A stretch of 61,769 nt of DNA, the filler included, from Nemertoderma westbladi (taxonomy: Eukaryota > Animalia > Xenacoelomorpha), in NCBI GenBank assembly GCA_032718475.1. It is 3 parts of 3 records of this genome, joined end to end, with 100 filler letters (N's around TTAATTAATTAA, not from the genome) between each part and the next. Parts side by side here need not be neighbours in the genome. Positions count along the whole stretch, not along the records: positions 30,351 to 50,578 come from JAUCBJ010003802.1; positions 50,679 to 61,769 come from JAUCBJ010008460.1; 1 more part is not named here. One strand, written 5' to 3'. The translations under genes and the position numbers were made by a program. The first letter of the stretch is position 1. Each line of letters begins with the position of its first letter. The notes under the pieces were generated by a model. It saw nothing but the letters and a program-made list of their open reading frames with translations. It ran no database searches and was not told the origin of the DNA. Of the stretch, positions 48,336 through 61,479 are shown piece by piece.

Positions 48336-48699
48336 ACTCTAAGTAATGAACCTAAAGTGCAGTGTTGTAAAAGTGGGGTTAAATAGAGATATTACAGCCC
48401 AAACCACAAGCGAAGTTATGGATTCGTTGTCAGACATTACAACAGCAGAACACCTTATTATGTATTTACTGTATAATATAATGCATGATAGCCGGCAAGC
48501 AGCTCTGTTGTATATTGCAACAGATGGATGGTATACTATACTGTATCGAAAGCAATAACAACATTCTAACTATTATAAATTATCATACACACAATATTTC
48601 AAGATGTAAATATTTTCATTGTAGAATCCAGTGACTGCTGTACAATATCTACTGTAAAATCCCAACAATCGGGCCTAAATAATAGATACCAAAGTACAC

Positions 48700-49290
48700 A
48701 AACTACTACTGGCGAGATTGGTGCCTGATGTCTTCCCCTAAACTTGGGCGAATCAATTGCCCGGGCTAACTTGACAATCGGGGTGACCGGTCCCTAACTG
48801 GTGAGGCAGAAATACAGTCTACAGAAACAGACCAAACTCGCGAGAAAGCAATACCCGCGTAGCAAATCCCTAACTACCACTAATGGACCTAAACTACTGT
48901 AGACTTGCCGTGGTGTGATTTATATTTAGTCTGTCCAGTCTGCATTCGGTGCTCTTGAACACCCACTGCACTAAGAGAAAGCTTATCTGCCAAGGCAGTC
49001 AGCTCACCTTGTCGCTTTGGGGACCCGAGTGTTAGGGTGTTTACTGAGGCTAGTCTAGTGACTTGTATCAGATTCACCAATGGCTTTGTTGGTTGGGGTG
49101 GAACATGAGAGTAGCCTCCAACTCCAGAATCCCTCTCCCCCTCACAATCTGGCCTCCTTGGTTACCCAGGGTTTGGGCCAGAAAGGGCATCAGGAAAGGG
49201 ACTCAAAGAATTGTTTGCCGCTCTCTCTCCAGTAGGGGGTGAGACAGGCAGCCGGTCAGGAGATAACTGACGCCTGTGAGGCTGATTGTG
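48700..49290 (-). mobile_element. Internally deleted RTE-like element (5' region and APE start joined to an (AGT)n tail)
   Basis: LASVNTLTL...GEL...AVGVQEHR matches the APE N-terminus; ACTACTACT at ~48702-48710 is the tail on the minus strand. Confidence 0.5.
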
Positions 49291-50578
49291 TCCATAAATA
49301 TATTACATTACATATATTACATAAATATAAATTTAAAACAAAACATAAATGCAAATTAAATCTAAAATAACCTGTTAAAAACCAAAAGTAATTTTGCTAA
49401 TGATGGGAAACTAATTCGAGTCTGATAGGGTTAGTCAATTTTTTTATCATTTTTGAATAGATTTAATTATTGTTTTCAACTATAATACATAATCAATTCA
49501 TAAATTTCAAAACACTTACTCTTATATGGTCTAGTGAGAAAAAGAGCGACATGAACTGCCACGACGAAAATACGTGATATGATAATGGCCATGAGGTACC
49601 GAACATAGAACAAATATAATGTTCAATCAATCCACCCTATGTCAAGTTTCCTCTGGACCTCAATCACAGAATGAAGAATTTTCTCATCCTTCACAAGAAA
49701 CATGGCATCTGCTGGAGTCTTATTATGAAACTCAATCATTGAGTTTACCTCCTTCTCCTGTCTCTCTAGAGATGAACAAAGGGTGGTAGTTTTGCAGAAT
49801 CTCTTGATAGCCTCTCTGGCCAAGGAGATCTTGGATCGTAGGTGAGATGATATTTCATCTGCTGCACCAGTTGATCCAGATCTGAACTGAAAGAACCGCA
49901 GTAGGCACTTCAGGTGGCCATCTAAACTTTCACCCTTTGTGGAGAACCTATACATGGGTCGGATCAAACCTTAGGTCAAAATCATGTATAGCAAGCTTGC
50001 TCTTAACTGATTGCGCACCCCAGTTATAGCCAGGTGTGACACCCTTCCCAACCACCTCTTCGCAATCACTATCATCATCAATAACTCTGGGGCATTTAGG
50101 AGGTGGTATGTATGATCTCTCCTTCACTATCAACATCATCTGAGGAAAAACAAAAATTCAAGTTCCTCCAACAACCTTTATCCTTAAGGACAGAGTCGCA
50201 CCTTGCAAGGATGACTGAACAAGGGGTGGTAGGGGAAGGCAAGTTTATCATTGAAGGTGATGCTGAAAGTGAAGGAAGATATACAACAATCTGCCCCTCA
50301 TTAAGGTCTCCGTTGCCAATACCAGTGGGACTGGTTGCAGTTACCGTACTGGTAATAAGTTGACTAGACCTAAAATTTGCAGCATAACTGCTATTAGTGG
50401 TAGTAGTAGTGCCCATTAACAGTGGCACTAACAGTGGTACTGATTGGTACACTAGACGGAGCTCTAGAAGTACCACTAATATCAGCTTGCAAAACCCCAT
50501 CACAAGTAATGGAGCCTCTGATACCACTACCTGCCTATGTTTCTATATTTTATAAAGTCATTGCCTCTTAATGATATA

Positions 50579-50678
50579 NNNNNNNNNNNNNNNNNNNNNN
50601 NNNNNNNNNNNNNNNNNNNNNNTTAATTAATTAANNNNNNNNNNNNNNNNNNNNNNNNNNNNNNNNNNNNNNNNNNNN
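50579..50678. other. Assembly gap with artificial linker
   Basis: N-run, TTAATTAATTAA, N-run. Confidence 0.97.
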
Positions 50679-51212
50679 CTATCTCAACACGGTCTTAAAA
50701 CACTGATAATAAAGTCCTAAAATCATAACAAAAGTCCCGTGACTTTAGCTCTCTTATTTTCCAAGAATCCCGTTCAACACATGTAATCAGCAGTGAGACA
50801 GGATAATTTCAGTTCAGTAGCTCGGGATTGGTCGAAATCAGAACTAACTCAACGCAGGGCTATGGGTAACTGGGGCAACCTTCCCAAGCCGGCTGGCCAA
50901 TCGAACAGCTCAGATCCCTCCTAAAGGATTCCAACAAGACATTCTAATTTGGCGGGTTAAACTGCCAAAGGTCTGAAAGCGCGAACACCTTTCCCTCAAT
51001 TGGTAATAACATAGATTATTGGTTTGGTCAGATTAATATGTTATTATTTATTGTTGTTATTGTATTGCTTGACAGTAATGAGAATTGTAATGCTGTAATA
51101 TATTGTATGTGTATGGGTGGTAACAGGAATCATACTAAGTGCCACGGGGGGTAACATGAATGGAATGGAATGATAGTGCCCATGATTATTGTATGTAGCC
51201 TTGATTGGTATC

Positions 51213-52867
51213 TGTCCCTCGTTTAATGTTTGTGTCCCTCATTAATGTTTGTGTACCTTATTAATGTTTGTGTCCCTCATTAATGTTTGTGTCCCTCATT
51301 AATGTTTGTGTCCCTCATTAATGTTTGTGTATCTCATTAATGTTTGTGTCACTCATTAATGTTTGTGTCCCTCATTGATGATTGTGATCCTCATTAATGT
51401 TTGTGTCCCTCATTAATGTTTGTGTCCCTCATTAATGTTTGTGTCCCTCATTAATGTTTGTGTCCCTCATTAATGTTTGTGTCCCTCATTGATGATTGTG
51501 ACCCTCATTAATGTTTGTGTCCCTCATTAATGTTTGTGTCCCTCATTAATGTTTGTGTCCCTCATTAATGTGTGTCCCTCGTTAATGTTTGTCTCCCTCA
51601 TTAATGTTTGTGTCCCTCATTAATGTGTGTCCTTCTTTAATGTTTGTGTCCCTCATTAATGTTTGTGTCACTCATTAATGTTTGTGTCCCTCATTGATGA
51701 TTGTGACCCTCATTAATGTTTGTGTCCCTCATTAATGTTTGTGTCCCTCATTAATGTTTGTGTCCCTCATTAATGTTTGTGTCCCTCATTAATGTGGAAC
51801 CCTCGTTAATGTTTGTCTCCCTCATTAATGTTTGTGTCCCTCATTAATGTGTGTCCCTCATTAATGTTTGTGTCCCTCATTAATGTTTGTGTCCCTCATT
51901 GATGATTGTGACCCTCATTAATGTTTGTGTCCCTCATTAATGTTTGTGTCCCTCATTAATGTTTGTGTCCCTCATTAATGTTTGTGTCCCTCATTAATGT
52001 TTGTGTCCCTCATTAATGTGTGTCCCTCGTTAATGTTTGTCTCCCTCATTAATGTTTGTGTCCCTCATTAATGTGTGTCCCTCATTAATGTTTGTGTCCC
52101 ACATTAATGTTTGTGCCCCTTATTAATGTGTGTCCCTGATTAATGTTTGTGTCCCTCATTAATGTTTGTGTCCCACATTCATGTTTGTGTCCCTCATTAA
52201 TGTTTATGTCCCTCATTAATGTTTGTGTCCCTCATTAATGTTTGTGCCCCTTATTAATGTGTGTCCCTGATTAATGTTTGTGTCCCTCATTAATGTTTGT
52301 GTCCCACATTCATGTTTGTGTCCCTCATTAATGTTTGTGCCCCTTATTAATGTGTGTCCCTGATTAATGTTTGTGTCCCTCATTAATGTTTGTGTCCCTC
52401 ATTAATGTTTGTGTCCCTCATTAATGTTTGTGTCCTCCATTAATGTGTGTCCCTCGTTAATGTTTGTGTCCCTTGTTAATGTGTGTCCCTGATTAATGTT
52501 TGTGCCCCTTATTAATGTGTGTCCTCATTAATGTTTGTGTCCCTCATTAATGTTTGTGTCCCTCATTAATGTGCGTCCCTCATTAATGTTTGTGTCCCTC
52601 AATAATGTTTGTGCCCCTTATTAATGTGTGTCCCTGATTAATGTTTGTGTCCCTCGATAATGTTTGTGTCCCACATTTATGTTTGTGTCCCTCATTAATG
52701 TTTGTGCCCCTTATTAATGTGTGCCCGTGATTAATGTTTGTGTCCCTCATTAATGTTTGTACCCCTTATTAATGTGTGTCCCTGATTAATGTGTGTCCCT
52801 GATTAATGTGTGTCCCTGATTAATGTTTGTGTCCCTCATTAATGTTTGTGTCCCACATTAATGTTTG
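51213..52867. repeat. 19-bp minisatellite (CATTAATGTTTGTGTCCCT)n with 17-bp variants
   Basis: Direct tandem array of about 1.65 kb. Confidence 0.97.
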
Positions 52868-52893
52868 AGTCCTAGCCGCTATGGGCTTCCGTA

Positions 52894-53290
52894 GGGGTGA
52901 GACCTGGACACTGACTAAATCACTTGAACAACGAATCGATGGTTGCTACACAAGACTACTAAGGGCAGCCCTAAACATCAGCTGGAGACAACACATGACA
53001 AACGCCGAGCTTTATGCTACAATACCACCTGTATCAACCACCCACCGTGAACGCAGATTAAGATTCAGTGGGCACTGCTGGCGAAGTAAAGACGAGATCA
53101 TACCAGATCTACTTTTCTGGCAACCAACTCATGGAAAGCGTAGTCGTGGACGACCGGCCATAACATATATAGATGAACTTGAAAGGGATACTGAACTTGG
53201 GAGAAACGAAATTGCGACAACTATGGGGAATGGGGAAGCCTGGAAGGATCTCATTTCCACTGTCCGAGTTCGCTCGACCTAGTAGTAGTA
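52894..53290 (+). mobile_element. RTE LINE 3' fragment (same family as 32021-32773)
   Basis: GETWTLTKSLEQRIDGCYTRLLR...VRVRST* then (TAG)n; highly similar to 32362-32770. Confidence 0.9.
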
Positions 53291-53888
53291 GGACTGTTTA
53301 AACCCACTAAAAAGATATTTGGTGTTCGGGGTATTTTGGTATTTTTTGAGCCATTAACTCATAAATCGTGCAAGCCCTCTGGTTGAATTAATATTGTGTG
53401 TACATTTATTTTGTCTCCCTATCTTAAATATAAAATATTTATTCAATAATATTTATTAGTAAACTCAACAATGGTTTATGGGTTGCTATATATTACGGCG
53501 TGAAATGAAGTAACAGTATTATTTTCAGTATAATTGTACCGTATTCTACGGTCACGCTGAGAGGTATGCCTACTGTACAGTATATACAGTAACAGTAAGT
53601 AATTCATCACAGATGAAGACAGCACAAGATACATAAGGTCATTAGCGAACTGCCACTGCCTACAGGTATACAGTATCAGTCTGTAGACTGCAGACAGCAC
53701 ACGCTACGCAGGTTGTTAGCAGAACCGGTACCGGTATAATATACGATTTATAATTTATAAATAATAAAACTTCGAAACTTTAAAATAATATGACTTGTTC
53801 GATATAAATAAAATACCTTTATTTCACTTCAGGTTCTATAGGCCTATTTCCACTCGAGTCTGAGTGAAATACATAGTGCTACTTTACA

Positions 53889-54070
53889 GGGTAAATCTTT
53901 TCGACCTACGCGTAGTTTTCAAAAACCTACGCGTATTTCCAAAATACCTACGCGTAGTTGTTAAAAAGGCAGTAAGTCTGGCCCTACACGTAAATGACAG
54001 GAATGGAAGTTACAAACTACGCGTAGCTACGCGTAGCGCCTACGCGTACTGTAGGTCCAAAAGATTTACC
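53889..54070. mobile_element. Small MITE-like inverted repeat with internal CTACGCGTAG repeats
   Basis: GGGTAAATCTTTTCGACCTA / TAGGTCCAAAAGATTTACCC; no clear TSD. Confidence 0.55.
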
Positions 54071-54890
54071 CAGATATTTTACGTTAGAATATGTCATATT
54101 TTGTATTTAATCAAGTTTCTCTTCACCGGCACCAACATTATATTACTACCGTATATATTTATTAATTTCAAATTAGTTTCCTATAACCTTATCTGTGTTG
54201 ATTATTTTTATCAATATCTTTTATATTTGTTATTTTTATTAGATTTAAACAATAAAGTACAGTAATTTATGATTTCAACCTAGCTAGATTTTAACCTGAT
54301 TTTAACATTTTATACTTAATTTGTTACTTTTTCGCCCGAATATAACCCAAACCGGAAGAAAAATTAGTAATTTTTCACTTTTGAAAGAGTAATCCGAAGG
54401 ATTGAATTGATGGCGAAAAAAATTCCACAATTATGAATAACTCTTTCTTTTACAGCATAAAGAAAAGGGCTTTACTATTTCTTACCTGTGGTGGGGAACA
54501 AAGTGTAACTGTTCCAAACAGCCAAAGAATGCCCACACCTCAGGCAGAAAGGTCAAGTCTGCAATGGTACCGGTACTGTAATGCTGTAATGTTCTTGAAT
54601 ACCAGCTACTGAGCTAGACTTACTATCTGACTACATGACTATGGTCAGATAGTAAGCGCCTGAAAGTGCACTGCAGCACTGTCTGTACAGCTGTACGTAC
54701 AGTGCTGCAGGGCAGCAGTGTAGAGTACATGAGTACGGTACAGGCGCACAGCATGCAGCAGCTGCATTAAATTACCTACCGGTACCTCAGTACTGCTGTA
54801 CTGCAGTAGTACCTATCAAATATAATCTAAAACCATACATAATAATACTGATCATCTTCTTTCAGTCTTTAGTGTTTAAAACAGCCGAAT

Positions 54891-55892
54891 ATGGAGGCCC
54901 CAATTAACTTAGAAGTTTTATATCTGCATATCCATAAGTTATGGATTAGTTTCCGAGATTGGGTGGGAACAATGGAGACGTTACCGGTGGAACTTACACC
55001 TTCCGAGGAACTTATAAACTGTTTACTTAAAAGTCCCATTATTCGGTCCAGGTTACACAGCGACCCCAGGGGTCAACGGATATCTTCCTTCGCTTATCTA
55101 CTTATTATGTACAAGTATCTATGGGTTACCGTTGTAAACGACGACATTATATTAACTCACGAGGATCTCGGACAATTAATTGTGTCGTTAGGGAAAGCGG
55201 TGTCGGATCTGAACATGAAGGTCCGCTCCTCCAAACACTACGATCGGGTCCTTAGCAACTGCGCCAACGAACTCAACGACATATTGCTTCTACATTGCGC
55301 TCTCCTGTACAAAGTTACCGGTACCGGCTCGACAACATGCAAGGAGTATCTCAATAACATCCGTATGGAACACAACAATGAGTATCAATTGGCCCCGGTA
55401 GTGTCGGACGTTTCCAACTATATCGAGACCTACGATTCTGTAACCGAAGAAATAGAAGCGACTTACTTACCCATCGCGGGGAAGTTGTTCGTTTTAATGA
55501 AGTCGACGTTGAGTTCTATTTACGGAACTTTCGGGACTCCTTTACTGGTCGGTATAGACGAACTATTAGAGGAACCCGAAACCAGTAATAAACTATACCG
55601 AGTTATTGGAGCTTTATGTAAGGGACAGATAACTATCATTAACGCCTCCCAAGCCGCCTCTAGTTTTGTAACTAGCGACGGCCGTATCGATATTTCTGCT
55701 TTGTATACCGGTACTGGGACCCACGTTGCTGAAAATAAATCCACAGATCAATTTGATTGGCTCGACGAAGTCGTTAAGGATGCAGGCCATCTGTGCACCC
55801 CGGTAGTTGCTAAGCAACTAACCACTAATGTTACTCGAATTTGCAACCGGACTTCTGGAAATAATAAAATAGGCGGCCTCGCCAATATTTAA
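54891..55892 (+). CDS. Hypothetical 333-aa protein, uninterrupted ORF
   Basis: 1-kb ATG-initiated ORF, less AT-rich than its flanks, with a complex, largely helical-looking sequence; palindrome-rich promoter-like region upstream; no motif recognised. Confidence 0.7.
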   Translation: MEAPINLEVLYLHIHKLWISFRDWVGTMETLPVELTPSEELINCLLKSPIIRSRLHSDPRGQRISSFAYLLIMYKYLWVTVVNDDIILTHEDLGQLIVSLGKAVSDLNMKVRSSKHYDRVLSNCANELNDILLLHCALLYKVTGTGSTTCKEYLNNIRMEHNNEYQLAPVVSDVSNYIETYDSVTEEIEATYLPIAGKLFVLMKSTLSSIYGTFGTPLLVGIDELLEEPETSNKLYRVIGALCKGQITIINASQAASSFVTSDGRIDISALYTGTGTHVAENKSTDQFDWLDEVVKDAGHLCTPVVAKQLTTNVTRICNRTSGNNKIGGLANI

Positions 55893-58800
55893 AGCCAATT
55901 TCTCTATTACACCTTGCACAACGGAATAGACAGTTATATTGTAACAAAAACAATTTTGATCTCCTTTATTGGTTTATTTCGTTGACCAAACTGGGTGATT
56001 GTATCAACTGGAGGCACCAAAATTAAAGTGAAAGTAAAATATTATTATTTTAACCTCTGTATGTAACTTTGAACCGAATTTTAGTGTTTCATAGTTTGTA
56101 AATATTATTTGTTCAAAACATTTATGATAATCAAGTAATTGTTAATTATCGTTTCATTCGTCATTTTCAATAAGATTTTACAGTTTATCGAGTCTTTAAT
56201 GAAGTTATTTAGGAAATTATCAGGGGCAGCGGAACAGGGGGTGGCACTGTGGCTTAAGTTTGCGTATTTACACGATGTAAATATAATGAAAAAAAAAACA
56301 CATAAAAAACCGCACAAAAGATGATCAAAATAATGTATAATATACTGTATAACGTATCATATACTTCAGGGGGGCCTGGGCCCAACAACACCACACAGCA
56401 CCAAAATTTGAGAACTGTTGATTGTAATACGAGTTGAATTAGGGTTTCTTAAGGGGGGGGGGGGGGGGTCAAACGATAACTATAGGTGGATTAAAAAAAA
56501 ACATTTTTTTGTAATATATTTATAATAATTTAGTGCTATTTAGTAGCATAAAATTATTACAATCACTAAAAACACTACTCTTCGAACAAACATGAGTTAT
56601 ATAACTAGCTATTTCGTATATATAATAAAATTATTGGTCAACATTTTTTGATATTTATTATTTCCAATTTTATTATCAAATTAATTAATTATTTTCATAT
56701 TTTTTTCAAAAAAATTAGCATTTTTCACATTTCGAAGCCAATAAAATGAGTTAGAATCAAAATTTTACAATTATGACCAATACTTTGGAAGATACCAATC
56801 CTATTTATGATTACTATGTCCAAATTTAAACTTTTGCAGAAAGAAGAGTAGCATTTTATGTTTATTTGGAATGAAAAAATTCCATTCCGAGACAATTGCC
56901 TTTAAAATGTGAACCTTCCCGTGCAACCTTTTAATGAAATCTAGTTTGTCTGTATGTCTGTCTGACTATCTGTCTTTCAAAAATAAGAAAAGAGCACACA
57001 ATATAGCTAAAAGTTTAGCTATAGGGATATGCCTGGTCGTAGAATTCATTCCGAGTGTCAGTTTTAACATTTGATGACTTCCAAATTGTCTGTTAGGCTG
57101 TCAGACTGTCAATTATATTTTGACGGACAGACTGACAGCCATACAGACAGAAACGACGAGGCCAAATTTGAATAACGACATCGGAAATGAAGTCACCGAC
57201 CAAGAAAACCTATATAGGGAATTTTTCAGACAGACAGTATGCTTTTTATTGACGGTCGGTCATACTGATGGACAAACCGACAGTCAAACGGACATACGGC
57301 GATATCTCGAGAAGTAAGACAGATCTTGCTATATGGTTTTCAAATTTGGAACAAATTTTCTCTAGATGAAATATAAAAAAATTTGCAAAATATTATTTAA
57401 TTAGCGCGTTTCGCTCTATAACGCTCAACGAAGTAGTCCTATTTCGTTGAGAAACATGGCCGTATGCGTATATACGTATATGCATCTGCGCGGCATATTT
57501 GGACTCAGCTGTTTAATTGAATTCAATAGACATTCTAGAACACGACGCTATGAATAATAATAATAGATCTAGAAATACTATGATCTCTACTGTTTGATAA
57601 AATAATTTTCTTTAAAGTAAAGAAACATGAACCATGGTAAACTGCATATCACATTTAATAATTGTATTTGTACTGCATATGTACTGCAGATTGGGAATCC
57701 TTATAGGGCCACCATTCCATAGAGATCAACAGATTGCACCTAATCTGTTGGAGATGAGCAAGAAGCTGTGGTGGTGTGACTGATGCGATATCGTTTGAGA
57801 GACATCGTCCTAAGGCCGTTAGGGAGGTTGTTGTGTCACTTAGTGGGGAGATATGTCCCGCCGATCCTGTGGTAAGTCATACAAACTAAATAAATAATTA
57901 TAAGATTTACTGTTCATTAGTATATTTTTGCTATTTGTATCATTATTGCATACATTTCTTGGTATTATGTGTCGTTTCCATAGCAATGCAATGCCCGAGC
58001 CTTTCCTTATATTGGTTTTACTTCATGAGACAGATAAGTTAATTCATCCTTTTTATGGGTGTAATTTAAATGGAATTAATTTCGCGACATATTTTCCAAC
58101 TTTATATCGCAGTGCGACATTATTTCTCAGTATGTCCCTACGCCATACATTTTACCATGTATTTCCAATATATCCAGTATGTCACCGCGTCATTATTAGG
58201 TTGTTCTAGAAAGTTTAAGAGCATAACTACAAATAATTCCCCACAAATAAATAAAATTAGATTCGTCATTGTTCATAATTACTAATTAGCACATTAAAGT
58301 TTTTACGGCCCGCGTTTTTATATTTCCCTCGCTATCATTCGTGCCGTAACTATAGGCTATAAAGTGCTATTTTATGAACAATGACGACGTATATTTCTTA
58401 TTTCTTATATTTCTTATATTACAATATTTTTTGTTTCAGAATATTTTTAACAATAATTATTTATTGTTTGGTAAATAATGTAGAACAATATTTTCACCAT
58501 ATTCGAGATACTGTATTTTCTTATTCGAGCGTAGCGAAGTTAATAAAGAATCGAGAAGGTAGTATCTTCCGCCCTGTGGCTTTCCCTTGGTCGACCGGAG
58601 ACAACCATCCTCCGCCGTGAATTACGCTCCCGCCTTCACGTCAATACAACCTGGACAAATTTTTTTCACTAGCTAATAAAAGGTACTAGCTAACACATAA
58701 GCAAAATTACTAGCTACCATCTTACAGCCAGAAGAGGTCAACTATTTGTTCTAACACAAAATACCTCATGAAAAATACATTTTCATATAAAAAATCTCGT

Positions 58801-59105
58801 CAAAATGGGTACCCCCGGTGTAGTAATGCCAAGCATTTTGTCCTCTTTCTCGAAAAAATGTACTTTAACTAGCCTATTCCTCGAAAATGCGGATTGTAAA
58901 GTCAAACAAATAAATGTTAGAGGCCTACTTTCTCTTGTAAAAGAAATAGTTGTTAATTTATAGTAAATAATAATTCATTTAGTATTTATTATTGTCATTA
59001 TTTCCATTAAAATGTTAAGCAATTTAATAAATTTAAATTATTTGTAATACAGTTGGTATAACAATGTCCTCATCGTTATTTTTAAATATAAATATGACAC
59101 ATTTT

Positions 59106-60200
59106 GAGGGGGGTTCCGATGTGCTACTTCCGATGTTCCGGAGGGGGGTTCCGATGTGCTACTTCCGATGTTCCGGAGGGGGGTTCCGATGTTCCGGAGG
59201 GGGGTTCCGATGTGCTACTTCCGATGTTCCGGAGGGGGGTTCCGATGTGCTACTTCCGATGTTCCAGGGGGGTTCCGATGTGCTACTTCCGATGTTCCGG
59301 AGGGGGGTTCCGATGTGCTACTTCCGATGTTCCGGAAGGGGGGTTCCGATGTGCTACTTCCGATGTTCCGGAGGGGGGTTCCGATGTGCTACTTCCGATG
59401 TTCCGGAGGGGGGTTCCGATGTGCTACTTCCGATGTTCCGGAGGGGGGTTCCGATGTGCTACTTCCGATGTTCCGGAGGGGGGTTCCGATGTGCTACTTC
59501 CGATGTTCCGGAGGGGGGTTCCGATGTGCTACTTCCGATGTTCCGGAGGGGGGTTCCGATGTGCTACTTCCGATGTTCCGGAGGGGGGTTCCGATGTGCT
59601 ACTTCCGATGTTCCGGAGGGGGGTTCCGATGTGCTACTTCCGATGTTCCGGAGGGGGGTTCCGATGTGCTACTTCCGATGTTCCGGAGGGGGGTTCCGAT
59701 GTGCTACTTCCGATGTTCCGGAGGGGGGTTCCGATGTGCTACTTCCGATGTTCCGGAGGGGGGTTCCGATGTGCTACTTCCGATGTTCCGGAGGGGGGTT
59801 CCGATGTGCTACTTCCGATGTTCCGGAGGGGGGTTCCGATGTGCTACTTCCGATGTTCCGGAGGGGGGTTCCGATGTGCTACTTCCGATGTTCCGGAGGG
59901 GGGTTCCGATGTGCTACTTCCGATGTTCCGGAGGGGGGTTCCGATGTGCTACTTCCGATGTTCCGGAGGGGGGTTCCGATGTGCTACTTCCGATGTTCCG
60001 GAGGGGGGTTCCGATGTGCTACTTCCGATGTTCCGGAGGGGGGTTCCGATGTGCTACTTCCGATGTTCCGGAGGGGGGTTCCGATGTGCTACTTCCGATG
60101 TTCCGGAGGGGGGTTCCGATGTGCTACTTCCGATGTTCCAGAGGGGGGTTCCGATGTGCTACTTCCGATGTTCCGGAGGGGGGTTCCGATGTGTTACTTC
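59106..60200. repeat. 35-bp GC-rich minisatellite, ~31 nearly identical copies
   Basis: Unit GAGGGGGGTTCCGATGTGCTACTTCCGATGTTCCG; the translation repeats every 35 aa (three units). Confidence 0.97.
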
Positions 60201-60726
60201 ATATTAACCGTATTATATTTCAATAGCTGAACCATTAACCATAGCAGCGGATACTACGAGATTTATCAGACTGAAATGTAGTCCAAGTACTGCAAAAATA
60301 TAATTAATAATTTTACCTAAAACTACAAAGATTGATATCGGCGGCATTAGAAATATCTCTTGTGCATGAACCATAATCCACGTTAGCCATACAAGTATTG
60401 CAACAACATTTGTACATAAGTGAAGTTTTATGTCATTTCTAAAATGAGCTATAAGATAGGATATAAGAACCAGCAATGTACTCAAAGATAGAAATCCCTC
60501 AAACGCCATCAGATTTATTGGCAAAATAATTCCTATTAAAGTAAATGAAATACCCATTTGTAATGTACGTATTATCATGATTAATGAATGTAAATTGTTA
60601 ATTAGCTAGCTACCTATGTATAATATGTGTATCATGTAGTGAGTATTTATATTCTAGAATTGTTATAACCTAGTAAACAATAAGTAAACAATAAACGAGG
60701 ATCAAAGTGGTGCTCTTTCCACAAGT

Positions 60727-60962
60727 GGCTATTAACCGGACCCTCTAAATACCGTATTGAAGCTTGATATTTGATTTACATTTTACTTGTGTATTATTGA
60801 TCGGACCCTTATTACCTTAACTTTAGTAACCTGCATAATCTTGTAACATGTTAATTTTATATATGTAACCGCGCCTATGTAACCTGCTCCTTTCCTAACC
60901 TGCTCCTTTAAATGGCAATGGGTCCTGTCAATGGGTCCGGTCAACGGGTCCGGTCAGTAGCC
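60727..60962. mobile_element. MITE-like element
   Basis: GGCTATTAACCGGACCC / GGGTCCGGTCAGTAGCC imperfect TIRs; internal GTAACCTGCTCCTT motif. Confidence 0.5.
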
Positions 60963-61084
60963 TTTGCCGCTCTTTCCTCCCGGGCCCCTTATATATGGCG
61001 TTCTAGACACTACCGGTAATGGTTAGAAGGGTAGTTGAAGTTACATTAAGTAATAAAGCCTACAGTATATAACAGGTTCCATGT

Positions 61085-61479
61085 GGTACGCAGCAAACTT
61101 CGCCCGCGAGCAAGCTTCGCCCGGAGCAATATTTTCGCCCTCAATACGAGCAACTATCGCACGGCGGAAACACTTGCCCGCAGGCAATCTTCGCCCACTA
61201 AACAATTATTGTTTGGGTTAGAAAGAACCATATCTGTAACCTGCTCCTTTCCCTTAATTGGTAACGACATCGTTTATTATTTGGGTTAGAAAGAGCGTCC
61301 CTGTAACCTGCTCCTTTACCTCAATTGGTGACTAAAATGGTTACTAACACAAATCTTATTGGGCGAAGGTTGCTCGCGGGCGAATATTGCCTTGCGGGCG
61401 AAGGTTGGACGCCGGTGAAGATTGGACGCGGGCGAAGGATGGACGCGTGCGAAGGATGGACGCGGGCGAAGATTGCACC
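61085..61479. mobile_element. MITE-like element with modular TTCGCCC/GGGCGAA inverted arms
   Basis: Repeated TTCGCCC on the left and GGGCGAA on the right; internal GTAACCTGCTCCTTT, also seen at ~3962 and ~60880-60910. Confidence 0.55.

Noticed and set aside
51213-60200. CRISPR-like arrays (19-bp and 35-bp repeats)
   Set aside because: The units are directly adjacent with no unique spacers, there are no cas genes, and the context is eukaryotic.
60213-60578. 121-aa hydrophobic ORF, possible GPCR or membrane-protein fragment
   Set aside because: Hydrophobicity is expected from AT-rich codons, no diagnostic motif was found, and it ends at the satellite; not supportable without a search.
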